Assembly (NCBI GenBank): GCA_049999805.1
Contig: JBNGIO010005373.1
Coordinates: 1 to 51,151 of the forward strand
Reading direction: 5' to 3'
DNA: 51,151 nucleotides
DNA from: Folioceros fuciformis
Lineage: Eukaryota
Part shown: positions 25,472 through 39,513 of the stretch, one piece after another
How positions within the stretch are numbered: position 1 is the first letter of the stretch
Layout: the number at the start of each line of letters is the position of its first letter
The notes under the pieces: generated by a model
The model's input: only the letters and a program-made list of their open reading frames with translations
Database searches by the model: none
Told to the model about the DNA's origin: nothing
Program-made: the position numbers and the translations under genes

Positions 25472-28278
25472 TCATGCCGAGCACATTGGGTCCGGTGAGT
25501 CTACTCCCTCTTGAATGGTCAATCTGCCACCGGAATAGGTGGTCATGAGCTCCGGATCAAACTGTTGGACGACCAACACTGACGCCTTGGTCTGTGGCCC
25601 GATAGATGCATTCAGGGCATCACCAATGAGTCCCAGCTCCGCATGTTCCGCAGGACGCTGGGCCAAATTGGCGATCAGAACGCTTGGTTTCCGACCCATC
25701 CCCACAATTATCAAGTCAAACACGTTAGACCTTCCCATTCGCTGAACTTCTTGCACAGGGTCGTGGACGGATAGCTCCTCGAATACCACAGATGGCGCTC
25801 CTCCACCGCTAGCACCTTGTACTATTTCCTCCTGGAGTCGAGCCAGAGCTTCCTCATCCAGTTCCTGCTGCTTTTGGGCGTCGATTCCCGCAAACACCAT
25901 GTGGTAAGAATCGTAAGTGTGCTTACTGGAGTGACCGCCAACTGATCGTGCATGCCCATGTGCTGGAGGGGAAACTTCCTCACCAGATATGGTCATCGCC
26001 TGATCCTGTGCCGTGGAGTCCAGTTTGAATCTGATCACTTTCAACTTAACACCTGGGTGCTCAGCCATTCTCTTGGCTAAGACGAGAGCTTCTCTATCAT
26101 CCTGGCCTCCAAAGAAAAGCACTGCTACTGAATGATCCACGGTGCTGGAAGCCCTTTGAGCTCCACCGAGGCCTCTGTCGACCACAATGGCCACAGAGCA
26201 CGGAGCATGCTGCAACACCTTCTGATTGACTGCACGGAATCCAGCATTTCCTCCCTCCAAAACGCCATCCACCCGCATGTGCTTGTGGAATGGAAGAAAG
26301 ATGATGGAAACTCGCTTATCGTCTGCAGTTGAACATATGTCCTCATGCATGTCGGATAAGTTGGAGATGGCAGTCATAGGCCGCACTGTCACCTTTGATA
26401 ACTGGGCATATGCCTCGAAGGCAACTACGATTTCGTCCCTATCTTGTGTTCCCACACTGCTGTTGAAAAAGGGACGGCCATGCCTCCTTGCACGCTGTAC
26501 CAGCCTAATCGCAGACGACCGTTCAGAAAGTTCCACCAGATGCAAAATGAACAGCCGCACCGCACGCTTTCTCGTTCCCCGACTGGCTTCCGTCAGATTG
26601 ATCATAGAGGGCACATGCGTCACTCCGTGCACACAGGTCATGAGTCTAAACTCCGCCTTCCTGGATTCCATGTCCAGCTTCCTTCTGTTGTAGGGGGGAG
26701 CGGAAAGTCCTGCTGGTTTATACAGCAACATAACGATCGGCGTGGTTATGAATGTCGTAAACAGCGCCATGATAACCATTATCGCAAAAACTTCGTCATT
26801 CAGAACCTGCGCACACAATTTCATCATGCTCCGGAATGACTCGCGAAGACACCCAGCCACCCTCACTACTCATGGTGAGATACACTGCTACCCCAAGGGA
26901 AAGATGCAAGATGAACAATGAAATACCTTGCGATCCTTCCCGATGTTCAGTACGATGAGCTCCACCAAACCCTTGGTATTCATCAAAACTCCGAGAGCCA
27001 GTGACTGTCTGAACTTCACTCCGTGTAGCAGCGTAACCAAAAGCGTCCCCAAAATCTTGCCCCCGCAGGCAACAGTTACCACCAACACCAATAAACCACC
27101 AGCTTGCGCTCCATGGACAGATCCAATATTGGTTTTCAGTCCACTTGATGCGAAATAGAGGGGCAAAAACAATGTCATGACAAAGTCTTCAATCTTTTCA
27201 ATCACTTGGCCGGCAAATGGTCCGTCTTTGGGAATTATGAGGCCAAAGAGGAAGGCCCCGAAAATTGAATGGATCCCAATCAAATCTGTACAGAAACCAG
27301 CCAGCAGCACTCCAGCTAATGTTAAGACTATAGTCAGCTCCCCGGGTTGACCATCCCCTGATCTTCTGACGAGCCAAGTCACAGCAGGCTTCACCGCAAG
27401 AAACATGAAGATCACAAAAGCTCCTGCTGAAAGAAGAACCCACGCCACAATTGCGGGGCTCTTGTTGCCCGTAGTGCTGGAGGAGCCGGACAGGGCAATT
27501 GCAAGGGCCAACAGAACCCAGGCAACCACATCGTTCACGGCTGCAGCTGACATAGCCATCTGACCTACTTCTGTAGTCAAGAGCTTGAGCTCAGCAAGAA
27601 TTCGAGCCAGCACGGGAAAGGCAGTGATGGACATGGCCACTCCCATGAACACCAGGAACGGGGCAAATTTCCCACTTCCAGATATCGTGGTATGCAAAAC
27701 GAAGGAAACTCCAACCCCTGCAACAAATGGTAGAGTAATTCCAGCTGCTGCAATGGCCAGGGCCCTGCGGCCAGTCCTTCGGACAGAAGTCAGATCCAAT
27801 TCGAGTCCCACGAGGAACAAGAAGAACATGAGTCCCAGGCCGGCCACAGTGTCCAATACCACCAGGCTCGGTTTGGGGNNNNNNNNNNNNNNNNNNNNNN
27901 NNNNNNNNNNNNNNNNNNNNNNNNNNNNNNNNNNNNNNNNNNNNNNNNNNNNNNNNNNNNNNNNNNNNNNNNNNNNNNNNNNNNNNNNNNNNNNNNNNNN
28001 NNNNNNNNNNNNNNNNNNNNNNNNNNNNNNNNNNNNNNNNNNNNNNNNNNNNNNNNNNNNNNNNNNNNNNNNNNNNNNNNNNNNNNNNNNNNNNNNNNNN
28101 NNNNNNNNNNNNNNNNNNNNNNNNNNNNNNNNNNNNNNNNNNNNNNNNNNNNNNNNNNNNNNNNNNNNNNNNNNNNNNNNNNNNNNNNNNNNNNNNNNNN
28201 NNNNNNNNNNNNNNNNNNNNNNNNNNNNNNNNNNNNNNNNNNNNNNNNNNNNNNNNNNNNNNNNNNNNNNNNNNNNNN
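25472..28278 (-). CDS. CHX: Cation/H+ exchanger copy 2; 5' end lies in the N gap 27879-28278
   Basis: Highly similar to copy 1 with the same intron position after IGKDRK. The visible frames are intact. Confidence 0.93.
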
Positions 28279-30401
28279 GCGCAACAGCTCGCCTTGAGTT
28301 CCACACTTCGTGAAGCGGCCCGACGTGAGCTCAGCAAATCCACGCCCGGTAAAACGACCTCCAAATTTCACACATTTTCACCGGCTTCTCCATCTCTGGC
28401 TTGTCACAATCTGTTTCCAGGTCCCGCACACGCGCAAATCAGGCGCTCACGCCTAAAAGCCAAGACCAAAACCTGAAGCAGAGCACCGAAAACAAAATAT
28501 AAGCAAACCAAGCGTAAACTCCTCAAACGTTCAGCGGGAGCTGCCAGCGAGCGTTCCAGCTCCACCAAACTTCACACCACGCCTCACAAGCCACTCCAGG
28601 ACCTCCATCCCTACACATTCCCCGACCATGCATGCAACTACTTCCGGTGATTCCAAGACCCACAACTCATTATCGCAGCTTCAACAGCAGCTCAAAAGAA
28701 TTCAGTACAACAAGCGCACGCAAGCCAGGTCTCCAGAATTGCACCCCCGCCGCTGATCACAAGAACCGCAAATCACAATTCTTCCGTCCTTTCCTCCCTC
28801 CCTTCCTTTCCTTCATCCGCGAGCCAGCGGAAACAGCGCAGCTCGCCGCTCGGGCGGGATCTCGACAGACTGGCGCACCGTGAATGCAGAGGAGACGGAA
28901 GCTTCCCAGCAGCAGCAAGAGCCCGGCGGAAAAGGGCCCCGAGCAGCAGGCCAGGAGGAGGAGGAAAGGAGCTGTTGCAGAAAGGAGCCGTGGCCGGCAA
29001 GCGAAATGTGAGGAGCAGGCGGGCCTACTTGGCTCTAAGCCGAGCAAGGACTTGTGTTCCTTGTCTCCAGTGTCTCCTGCTGGTGCGGTCCTCTGCTCCC
29101 AAACTCACCTCACCCGCTCCTAATTCCTCACCTCTAAGTTCTAGTACGCGCCACCCGCTCGTCCGCCGCCGCATACCCACCGGCATCGCAGCGATATTAG
29201 CGCTTCAACGGCGTTTAGCATCGCTGAGTTTGGCCCTATCATGTGCCGGATTCTCGGCACCTGGCAACACACGAGTCGAAGCCAGGTTTCCCGGCTCCCG
29301 GCTCCCAGTTCCTTGTCGCCAGTTTCCGCAAGGTCGGTAGGAGGACGTGCTGTCGTCGGACTGAACGACCATCACAGAGTCGTCCACGTTTCGACTAGAT
29401 ATGTACATACATATCTCGTCTTTCCACGAAGACGTCACGACAGACGTGCTGGTACCTGGGTGCCGAGCCCGAGGCATCCACCTACAGATATGTATGTGCA
29501 CAGACATGATTCGGGCCGTTTATATTTATTTCTCTGTGGTGGATAGTATTCTCTGGCTTAGTACAAGCATGACGCCAGAATAATCCCCCTCCGAAACGAA
29601 GAGACGGGGAGACCGTCTTCATGGCAATGCACGGACAAGGAGGGGAAAGATAGCAGGCGGACCTCGCGGCCGGAAGTACTGCCGTGAGCTAGACGTCAGG
29701 ATGATGAGGTGCGGCCAGTAGGCGATTTCGATGAATTCTTCTGCTGCTCAAGGTTTGATCACAGCGGCCTCCCGGATGATGACAAAGGGAAAAATGGCGG
29801 AAAAGGAGGACACTGGAATGAAGACAGCTTGAGCATGCCCCAGGAAAGTGTGTAGGTTGCAATCTTGCAGGTGATGAAAAGCGACATCCAGCCCTACCAC
29901 GAGGAGAGAACAAGCACGGGAAGGCCGCTTTCGTGCAGTCGGCCGTTCACTTGACACCGCGGAACAGCCAGTTCTTGCTTTGTGCTGGAAAGGGGGCTTT
30001 CCAGGATCCGGCGTGGTTGGTTTCCTACGAGCTGCTTGGTACGCCCTATGTGGAAGTATGGCTGTGAAATAAAGTCTTCATGACCTGTCACAAGTGACGC
30101 CAACTTTGCCAGTGTCAGGAGCTTGAGCAGCATGCACAAACAAATACAGTACCTGAGGATGCACACGACATTTACCGACAAATCTGCAGCCCAGAGGCTC
30201 CGGAAAGGCGAACAAGCAGAGAGGTACGTCTGGACGTACAGGCCGGGCAGCGCAGGTGTGTTGGTCAACCTACTCGTGGTGAAAACGCTGGATGTAGTCA
30301 ACGAGAATGTAGTGTAGTAGTTAGTACATGGACGCTTGGTGTCGCTGCACAGGTCAGCTCCGGTGCGAAGGAAATTAGGAGGACTTCAGGCAGGATGTGT
30401 C

Positions 30402-33400
30402 TCATGCACTGAGCTTGAATCTCTTGCCTCTCTTCCGCTGCCTCTTCGAAAACTCTTGGGGGGTCGGGAGGAGTGTCTTCTTGATGGACTCGGCGGCGTT
30501 CAGATATGAGGCCCTGGCGTCCTCGACTACCTGCGCGTTCTGCACCCTCTTGCCGTCAGAAATGCCAGTCAGCCATTCCAAAGCCATTACAGTTGCATTG
30601 TTCTCTGCTTGCTTCTTGCCCACCGCAGGCTCCCCCAGGAATGCATGGCCCTTCACTTCTATCATGGACTGGAAACGGTGTCCTTTCACTTCCCTCGTCT
30701 TGTACAGAGGCATCTTCTTCCCGGACTTCTTCAGAATCTGGGAGAGGAGGCCCTTCACATCCAGAACGTCGGTTATCTTGGGTGGTGTGACGGGCTTCGG
30801 TTTGCGCCCAAACACCCACTTCCCTCCGCAGTCGTCCCCGTGCACCAGCTCCATCACTGCTTTCATTACGTTGAGGCCCTCCTTGTATATGTCTACCTGG
30901 GGGTTTGCAAGCTGCAGCATCAAAGGATTCACATGTCAGCTTAAGCCTAAGCCTGGATAAAATTGGGAACACGTTGCATGTTTAATGGCAAGAGGATTGG
31001 GCATAAAACCTTCTTTTGGACAAGAGAGTCCAGCTCTTCTCTGAGTTTCATGATCGTATCCGCTAGTTCAGGCTTCATGAAGAATTCTAAATACCCATCT
31101 CGCATAACCAGGTGCCCAGGCTGCAAAGATTTCCACAGTCGCAGCCGGAATACATCAGCACCTTGTCTGAAGGATGTATCACGAACAAAAAACCGGGCAT
31201 TTCCTTTCTGTTGGCCATACCTCTCCTCCCCGCTTCACTTGCCCACCAAATAAGAGGAGCATAGAGTCCGAGATGCCTGTGGAATCACGGATAAATACAC
31301 TACTGGTCTTCAACTTCTCATTGAACACCAACCATGGGTAATGAAACATTGTTTCCTGAGAATTGACTGATAACTGCCCATCATGCAAGCACAGATGGTT
31401 AGCCTCTAGCTCAATCCCCTGATGGGCAAAAAACACACCCACGTATAACGAATACATACAGAATGAAGGTTGACTTGCCCATCTTCCAACGTCTTAAAAG
31501 ATGTAGACCTCGATTTATGCTGAACATTCACAGATGGGTTAACAAGTTAGTGAACATGGACAATGTCAGGTGAAAAAGAGTGTTACAACAGGGAAGGCTG
31601 CTCACCACAGCAGACACCACTGCCGGAAATAAGGCAGAACAGATGACACTGCGTACTATGTCTCTGTCATGGCTGTACTCATCACTGAGTCCCAGTTGAT
31701 TGTCAACAAACCCAGCTTCCGTTAACAGGCCCATGAACTGGCGTCGAAGTGAGGATATCCCTAATAGAGTCTGCATGGACAGGAAATGCCTCCAGCAGAA
31801 GTCGGTTGCTGCTCCTTGACTCATAGCATTCTGCCAAGATTCGTACGCTCGTACTGTAGTCATGTGATCACTCAGATCCTGTCCTGAAAATCTGCGTTTA
31901 GCCTCCTCTGCATGCTGCCAACGTGAAAAGGAAATCAGCCTTCCAAGCCCACGCATTCAGATTTGTATGTGGAGAGTTGAAGAGACCTGTTGTGTAAAAA
32001 ACAGCTCATGAAACACATACAACCAAGAACTACAGCAAGCAAGAAGTGCCAGCACCCGCCTCCCTGGAGACTTACAAGCTTCTTGTCCATGGGCATTACA
32101 AACGCATCTCTGGAAGTACACGATGCAGCGATAGTAAGCACGGGATCCAGGCACCTGAATACGGCACCCATGATCAACATCTTGCCAAGCCTAGGCTCCA
32201 AGGGCAGCATGGACAAGTGGCGACCTGCAGCCATCAGCATAAAATATTAGTATGGCAAAGACAAACTTTTACACACCACATGGTGCTTCTTCTACAGGGC
32301 AGCAGCTGGATGAAAATGCAGAATAAGGCCCATACCAAGGTGAGTTAGCTCCTCATCCTCATCTAAGGCACCAATCGTCTTCAGATGTTCCACAGAATTC
32401 TTCACCTGAGGACCCAAGGTTGAGCAGATCAGAAACCTTCAAAGTACGACCTCTACCAGATGTCCAGCGCAACCACACAGGGGCGAGAAATGTGTGGCGA
32501 ATTCATACTGCAAGAGATTCAGGTGGTTGCAGTGCTCGTGACAAGAATGCTGAGATGTTCCCAAGTTGCAGACTTTTGATTTGTAAGCACAGTGAGTGCA
32601 ATGGAGTGCGGAGTAGCTCTGGCTGCTGGTATTCAGGAAGTGCATCGTGGACAGCCTTTGGGTATAGATGGTAACAGACACCAGGCTTGACACGTCCAGC
32701 TCTCCCTCGTCTCTGCAACAGGCCGTAACAATCCCAGTAGTAACATAATCTCATAAAACAGGCCACGTCCTGCATCTCACTCTAACAACCACCCTGCATC
32801 CCATCTACAATCTCCTTGCTGTTCAAGGGCAAGACAGATAGGGTAATGTGCTCACTTGTCGTGCCGATGCCTGGGAAATCCAGGAAGGTAGTAAGCAAGG
32901 CGTGTTGTTAAGCGCATCATATGACGTTTCCTTGCATTTCCCAGTATCCAGCACAAAAACCACGTCTGGAATGGTGATACTTGTCTCAGCCATATTTGTT
33001 GCCAGAACAATTTTTCGTATACCAGATGGAGGCTTGTCAAAGATGAGCCTCTGTGACAGAAAATCGCTACAAGTGTTAGCACAGTAGCCTCTGTCATTCA
33101 CAACCAAAATGAAATACAACACCAAGAGGAACACCAGAAACACACACCTGTTCTGCTGTGCCCATTGACCCATGACACCCAAGGAGCAAGACTGATCTTC
33201 TGTCACCTACTACGGGATGCACCTTCAATAGGTCCAACAAAGCACCAATATCTTCCCATCCAGTCATAAACACGAGTACAGCACCTTCCCTCTCATCTTC
33301 ACATATATGACTCAAAACCCTTATAATTAAGTTGAATCCCAATCCATCAGCACTCCAGCAAGCTAAGGATGCTTGAGTCCTCTCATTAAAGTCGCTGAAC

Positions 33401-36182
33401 TGCTGGGCAGCCATGGCATCCTACACTCAAAACCCAAGAAGTCAGGTGAGTCCAAGGTATGAACAGAATACAGAGTGCAAGCTCGGTGGGTTCTGAGAAA
33501 TGCAGACCTCTGCAATCCCATTCAGCTGATTCCGCTTCCTCCGCGTTGCCAACTGCCGATGCTTTTTCCACATCTTGTCTGAACCATAATCATCAAGTTG
33601 ATTGATGGCAGTAAGCCTGTGCCCTGTCTTCTCCAGAATATGCTCCAGAAAATATGCCTCAACAGGATGCGTGAATCCCTAAGAGTTCGACAATGAACTT
33701 CAGCAGCCCGATCAATATTGGCCACATTACGTGAGGGATGGTTGCGATAAAGGCACTAAAAGGACAAAATGACCTCATTCACTCAAAATGCGACCCCGGA
33801 TCACATAAGTGTCATCAATAATAGAAGAAAGCAGAACGGAAAGAGCTCTTACTGGTATGTGTGTCATGGGTGCATCAGCAAAGAACGACGAAAACAGTTC
33901 TGCATTGAGCGTGGCACTCATAAGCACCAACCTCAAATCTGGCCGGCGAGGCAGAAGATCCTTAAGCACAATTAGAAGGAAATCTGGAGGCACCTTCCAC
34001 GATTAGCACTAAGTCAACAGAATACATGCATGTTTGCTTCATTCTACAGGACAAAGCAGGAATTAAAACGTCTTACCTTCATTCATGCCTCGTTCATGAA
34101 TCTCGTCAACAATAACATGGGTGACCCCTTGCAACTCTGGGTCGCTCATTAAGCGCCGCAGTAGAATCCCAGTTGTGCAAAACAATAACCTTGTGTTACT
34201 GCCCCTCATCCCCTCCAATCGAACCTTAAAGCCTACCTGCTCCAAAACAAATGTGAATTGCAATTCAGAATCCTGCTGCTGACAAATACCAAACAAACCT
34301 CTCTGAAAGGGAAGTACCGAATCACCAATTTCCTCCCCCCTCTCTGCAGCCACCCGTTCAGCCACGGATATAGCAGATATACGCCTTGGCTGAGTGCAGA
34401 TGATATTACAGCTGGAGCCACGCCCAGCTTCAATTTCAGACTCCAAAATATACTGAGGCAGCTGTGTTGTTTTGCCACAGCCTGTCTCCCCTGAAACTAC
34501 TAGAACCTGCACAATTACCCAAAAGACAAGCTACTTTGAGCTACCATATGCAGCTTCCAGGCAATGGTTTGCCTTCTCCCCGACATTGAGATCCCTCAGT
34601 CATAATCTTCGCTCATACTATCTTCACACATACATGAGCGAAGGGAAACAAACCTGATTCTTGGCAATAGCTCTAAGGAGTGACTCCCTTTCCTTATATG
34701 ATGGAAGCCTTCTCCGTATCTGTAACATCTTCTCTCCTGCCTCTGACACCTGAGAATAAACACAGCAGATACCTCAGACAGCAGTTAAAAAAAATATCCA
34801 AACAAAGAATGCTGCCGCCCACAACTCAGATGCAATCCTGAGTTTCCAGGGAGAAAACCTGCCATCCGTGTTGCTTGATGCGCATCCTCTCATTCATCCT
34901 CTCCAGCACTTCTTGCGGAAGGCGGTCTACATTAGCTCTAAATAAATCATCCCTTCTCCAGGCCTCAGGTTCTCCTGCCTGGAAGATTCCCGGAAATCTA
35001 CCGTCCACAGTGGCATTGTCTCCTGCGTAATTTTTCATGCCAAGGTGGTCTTGAAGGAGATTGTGGACGCTCTTGTGCACCGCAGTGGAAACAGACATCT
35101 GCAGCACCACTTGATTAGCCCCAATGCAAGTGTGATGAACGTACCCACACAACAGTCATCACAATGTCACCTCTCGCTGAGGGAGCTTGTCATCCAAATC
35201 CGGTCGATAATTAGGCAAAGGCACTTTGCTGATAACCACCACCTTCCCATACAACTGTCTGCAATAACGTGATTCTCACAGTCAATTCACCAGAAGCACA
35301 ACCTCACCATAACCCAAAAATCTGACCATTCAGGCCAGAGAACATACCCGTAGAGACCATACTCCTTCACGAGATCTGTAATCTGGTCAAAGTCGCCAAC
35401 ATCTTTCTTCGACCTTGAAATCCATTCCTGATCTGCTTCCTTCACGAAGCGAGAAAGCTTCTTGCCCCACTCTTGGAGATCCACAAACCGCACCGGATCC
35501 TAATGAAAGAACAAAGCACCTTACCGCATTAACACATTGCATATAACGACAACACATTCGCTTAACAAAACCTTGCTGTCAACCACAGCAATCCCGCGTC
35601 ACAATCTCACATTCCACGGACCCAACATCCCGCCTGCCAATATCTGCCCACCTTCTCATCACACGACGGCGAGTCCTCATCGGACAATTCCTCTGCATAA
35701 TGATAAGCCAACCCCCGAGTCGGCTGCGCTGAAGATAAAGCCAATGGCTGATGCCCAGCTGATCCGACAAAAAAACCCGCAAGACGATCGCCATTCCCAA
35801 GAACCGGCAGCAGAGCCTTATCCGGCCTCGCACCCACCAACCTCGTCCTCCTCCGCTTCATTCCCTCAAATTCCCTCACCCAGGGCAATCCATCCTCCCG
35901 CGACGCCCTGGGTGCAGACAAGTAGCTCCGAAAACACTGCAGCACCGACCTGCACTCCCTGCTGACCTTTGAAGCACCAGCCTCGGCCTCCGCAACTTGC
36001 CCCGACAGCCCGACAGCGAGGTCACATTCCCTGCCCAGCCTTGGACCATGGGAAAGCTCAGGCCGTCGCAGGAGCCGGCGCTGCGACTGGAACCGCACAA
36101 TCTTCAGCATCTGGAATGCTTGCAGCTGCAAAAATCCCGAAGGCCCGACATGTAAACCTCCGATGCCAGATCTTCTCAGCAT
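30402..36182 (-). CDS. DExH-box ATP-dependent RNA helicase (DHX36-like; plant DExH3/DExH5 type) with C-terminal dsRBD; many exons, start approximate
   Basis: [51 protein letters not shown]2 ([11 protein letters not shown]), and ds[12 protein letters not shown]. The N-terminus is presequence-like. Confidence 0.94.
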
Positions 36183-36375
36183 CAAATCCCCGCTAACTTC
36201 CCAACACCCCCGACGCCAGCAGAATTCACGAATCCCTGGAGTCGACGCGTCAAATTTAACGACTTTCACGGCCCATTCCCTTCAGCACCCGATGCTGGAC
36301 TGCCCGTCCTAAGGTGGTTGATGCACCGACTTTGGTGCACAAGGTGCAACCAGCTCCACTCGCCTTTACTCCATT

Positions 36376-36413
36376 AAACCCTAGTGTAAAACCCAAACCC
36401 AGGGTTTAGGGTT
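36376..36413. promoter_or_regulatory. Telo-box motifs in the divergent DExH/AKR intergenic region
   Basis: AAACCCTA at 36376-36383 and TTTAGGGTT at 36405-36413. Confidence 0.45.
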
Positions 36414-36973
36414 GCTGTGCACTGTGTGAAGCAGCTGCTTGTCCGAACGGCAAATCTGACAAGCTACTAGCAAGCGATTGATCATCTTTTCTCTTAATAC
36501 AGGCGCTTTTGTGTGGCAACCAGCCAGCCCCCTGCGGAAAGGCGCAGCTGGAGGCAAACTTGGCGAAGAGTCCCAGATCGTCATCGACACAGTCCCACCC
36601 GTATGCGACATTCCAGGTACTGATATTTCCCATGATTCATTCAGTCGGAGGAGGATGTTGTGATAGAGACCGGACGATAAAAGAAAAGCTTATTCATGAC
36701 ACCTTCTGTCCGGTGGCAAGTGCAAGGACGAGATTTCGGATGGAGCTTCCTTCCTTGCCTTTGCGATACAGAATTGGCTAGAATTGCTTCACATCAATGC
36801 ACGTGACTGTTTGCAGACCTTGGATCCGACGTTGTCTTGAACGCTTCTAGAGAGTTCTTGGATTTCATTCGTCTCAATCAAGCTATTGCACTGTGCTTGG
36901 TAGGAGACTATGCGCTGGTCGTTGCAGAGTTTTGCATCACGTCGTCAGGGAGCTAGCGCTGGGATAATCAAAG

Positions 36974-38596
36974 ATGGTTGCGAGCGAGATAGGAGATGCC
37001 AAGCCTCTGTCTGTCACACTCAATACCGGAGCCAAGATGCCAGTAGTTGGCCTTGGGACATGGCAAGCTGACCCGGGTGTCATCGGGAATGTAGTGAAAG
37101 CAGCTGTTCAGGTTAGATCTTCTGTCTTTTGCAAAGCTAACCCCGTTTATTTCGTGTCCTTGCGCTGGCCAGCAACTCCTTGTGGCCATCGGGCATTTGT
37201 CGATGTCAGGCAATCCGAGTACATATTTACCTGACGGAGGCGTCTCTCTGGATTGAAAGGCATTGAAGACGCCAAGGCAGGACTGACACGTGTATCTTTG
37301 TCTTGCAGACTGGTTACCGCCACATTGATTGTGCTACTGCATACAGAAATCAGAAAGAGGTTCTCTCATTTGATATCCTAGCACGTGAATCAACTTTGAA
37401 TAGCACAACGATCTGCAAATTCTGCACGTTACTCAAGGTAACCGGAGATAATTGATGACAGATAGGAGATGCGCTCCAAGAGCTCTTCAAGTCCGGAGAT
37501 ATCAAACGCGAAGATTTGTTCATCACGTCGAAGCTCTGGTGCGCTGGTTGATGAGCATCGCAGTTTCCGTTCTCAGGCCTTCGAATTCAGCAATATCAAC
37601 AGTTTTCTTTCAATGGTGCTGCAGGATGACAGAACTGGACGCAAACGAGGTTCCTCACGCTGTGGACAGAGTTCTTGGAGACTTGCAGTTGGACTACATT
37701 GACCTATACTTGGTACATCTGCTGTTCATGCGGGTTGAAGGTCATGTATTTGTGCGTGCATTGCATGTTCTGCAAGTTCCGAACGACACAAATTTGAGTT
37801 TTAAGTCAACTTGCTTGTGTAGATCCACTGGCCGGTTGCCCTTGTGAAAGATGCCAATAACCCCCTGCAGCCAGAGCACATCACCACATGGGATGTAGAG
37901 GCAACCTGGAGGGCTTTGGAAAAGCTTGTGCAAGCGGGGAAAGTCCGTGCCATTGGAGTCAGCAACTTCAGCATAAAGAAACTACTGGAGGTTTTATCAT
38001 GTGCTAAAATCCCGCCAGCGGTGAACCAGGTCGAATGTCACCCCATGTGGCAGCAGCGGCAGCTTCGCTCCTTCTGCAAGTCGAAACAAATCCATTTATC
38101 AGTGAGTCATGCGAACCTGGTACATGACGTGTATCGTTTACAAATCCCCGTTCAAATTGCTGTATCCCCTCCTGACGTCCGTGGAGTGCAGGCGTATGCT
38201 CCAATGGGCTCGGCAGGGAGTAGGTACGCCACTGTCTCTGTGTTGAGCCATCCCATCCTGACAGAAGTTGCACGGAACCTCGGAAAGACAGCAGCGCAGG
38301 TGGCGTTGCGTTGGGGCATTCAAATGGGCCAAAGCGTTCTACCGAAAACCGTGAAAATAGAGCGGTTGGCTCAGAATCTGGATGTGCTTTCCTGGAGCAT
38401 TCCCGATGATGACATGGTCAAGATAAGCACCATCGAGCAGGTATGGCAAAGAATCCCCACATTACTGTTCCGTGTGTAAGGGGAACTGGGCGGCAAGGTC
38501 GGCTCTTTCACATGTTCTCCTCTTCTGCAGAAACGGTTTTTCGCGGTGCCCTTCTTCGTGGAGCACGAAATTCTCAGGTCGCTTTGGGACGAATGA
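36974..38596 (+). CDS. Aldo-keto reductase (AKR4C-like), multi-exon
   Basis: [70 protein letters not shown]. The catalytic D/Y/K/H residues are present. Confidence 0.94.
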
Positions 38597-39342
38597 CGGA
38601 TTTCCTTGCGACGAGGATGTTCCACAATCGTCACGACGTGGAACTCGTTTCATGAATGATATATCTCTTGTCCAAAATTGAAAGAGAGCTTTCCTAGTTT
38701 GGCTTGGCTCATGCTTCCAAGCAGTAGAAAGACGCCAACATGCGAGGCCAGTAAAATACTGTAGGTTGGGTGCATTTGCTGATTCAAGACTTGGAGCCCT
38801 TGTTCTTGTCCTTTTCTCTGTGTCGGGGGTGTGTTCGTATAATCCCTACGTAGACCACTATTTGGAAAGGTATGAAGTGTCGAAAGAAGAAAAGGAAAAA
38901 GAGCGAGAATGGCGAAGCACGGAGGTGAAACAGGCTTGGGTCCAGACCTGGTGGTGGAGGACGGGAGAACCAGGGTCGGAGTGGGGTAGAGTGGAAGGCG
39001 AGGGGATGAATTTTTTTTGTATGGAGCCGAATTGTGCGCCGCTCGTAATAGCCAGCAGGTAACTGTGTTTTGAGGCAAGCAATTCAACCATAAGCTAGAG
39101 TACGAGGGCCATCTGTTTGGCTGTGGTGTGGTCAGGCTGCTTGCATCGGAGCGTGAAAGGAGAGAGCGGATGTGGGCTATGTGGAATCGGATCCAAGAGC
39201 GAAGGGTGACGTCTGGTTGAATGTCTTCGTGTGTACCGTGCAGGGACTCGTGGATCGCATGCGGAGCTTGTGCTGGTCTGGGCCGGGCTTTGCGTGAGGA
39301 GGAAGGCGAGTGGGGGCGACGGCCAGGGCCACACCAGCTGCC

Positions 39343-39513
39343 ATGGGCATCATAAGGAGCACCTTCTCCTTCACTCTGGGAACGCTGGTGGGGATCTATG
39401 TTGCGCAGAACTACAAGGTGCCCAACATCAAGGCCTTGTTCGATACCGGGATTGTGATTGCGCGGCATTTGGAGGAGAATTACCGCAAGCCACAGAAGCC
39501 GAACGACGATTGA
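39343..39513 (+). CDS. 56-aa DUF4535/STMP1-like small transmembrane protein
   Basis: MGIIRSTFSFTLGTLVGIYVAQNYKVPNIK...EENYRKP matches the family signature FSF..G...G.Y.AQNY.VP. Confidence 0.85.
   Translation: MGIIRSTFSFTLGTLVGIYVAQNYKVPNIKALFDTGIVIARHLEENYRKPQKPNDD

Noticed and set aside
27879-28278. ORFs spanning N runs (also 11601-11700, 12007-12106, 39695-39794)
   Set aside because: Assembly gaps inflate ORF lengths artificially.
38766-39468. ORFs of 98 aa (+) and 272 aa (-) between AKR and CDKF
   Set aside because: No motifs; the minus ORF overlaps the better-supported DUF4535-like gene.
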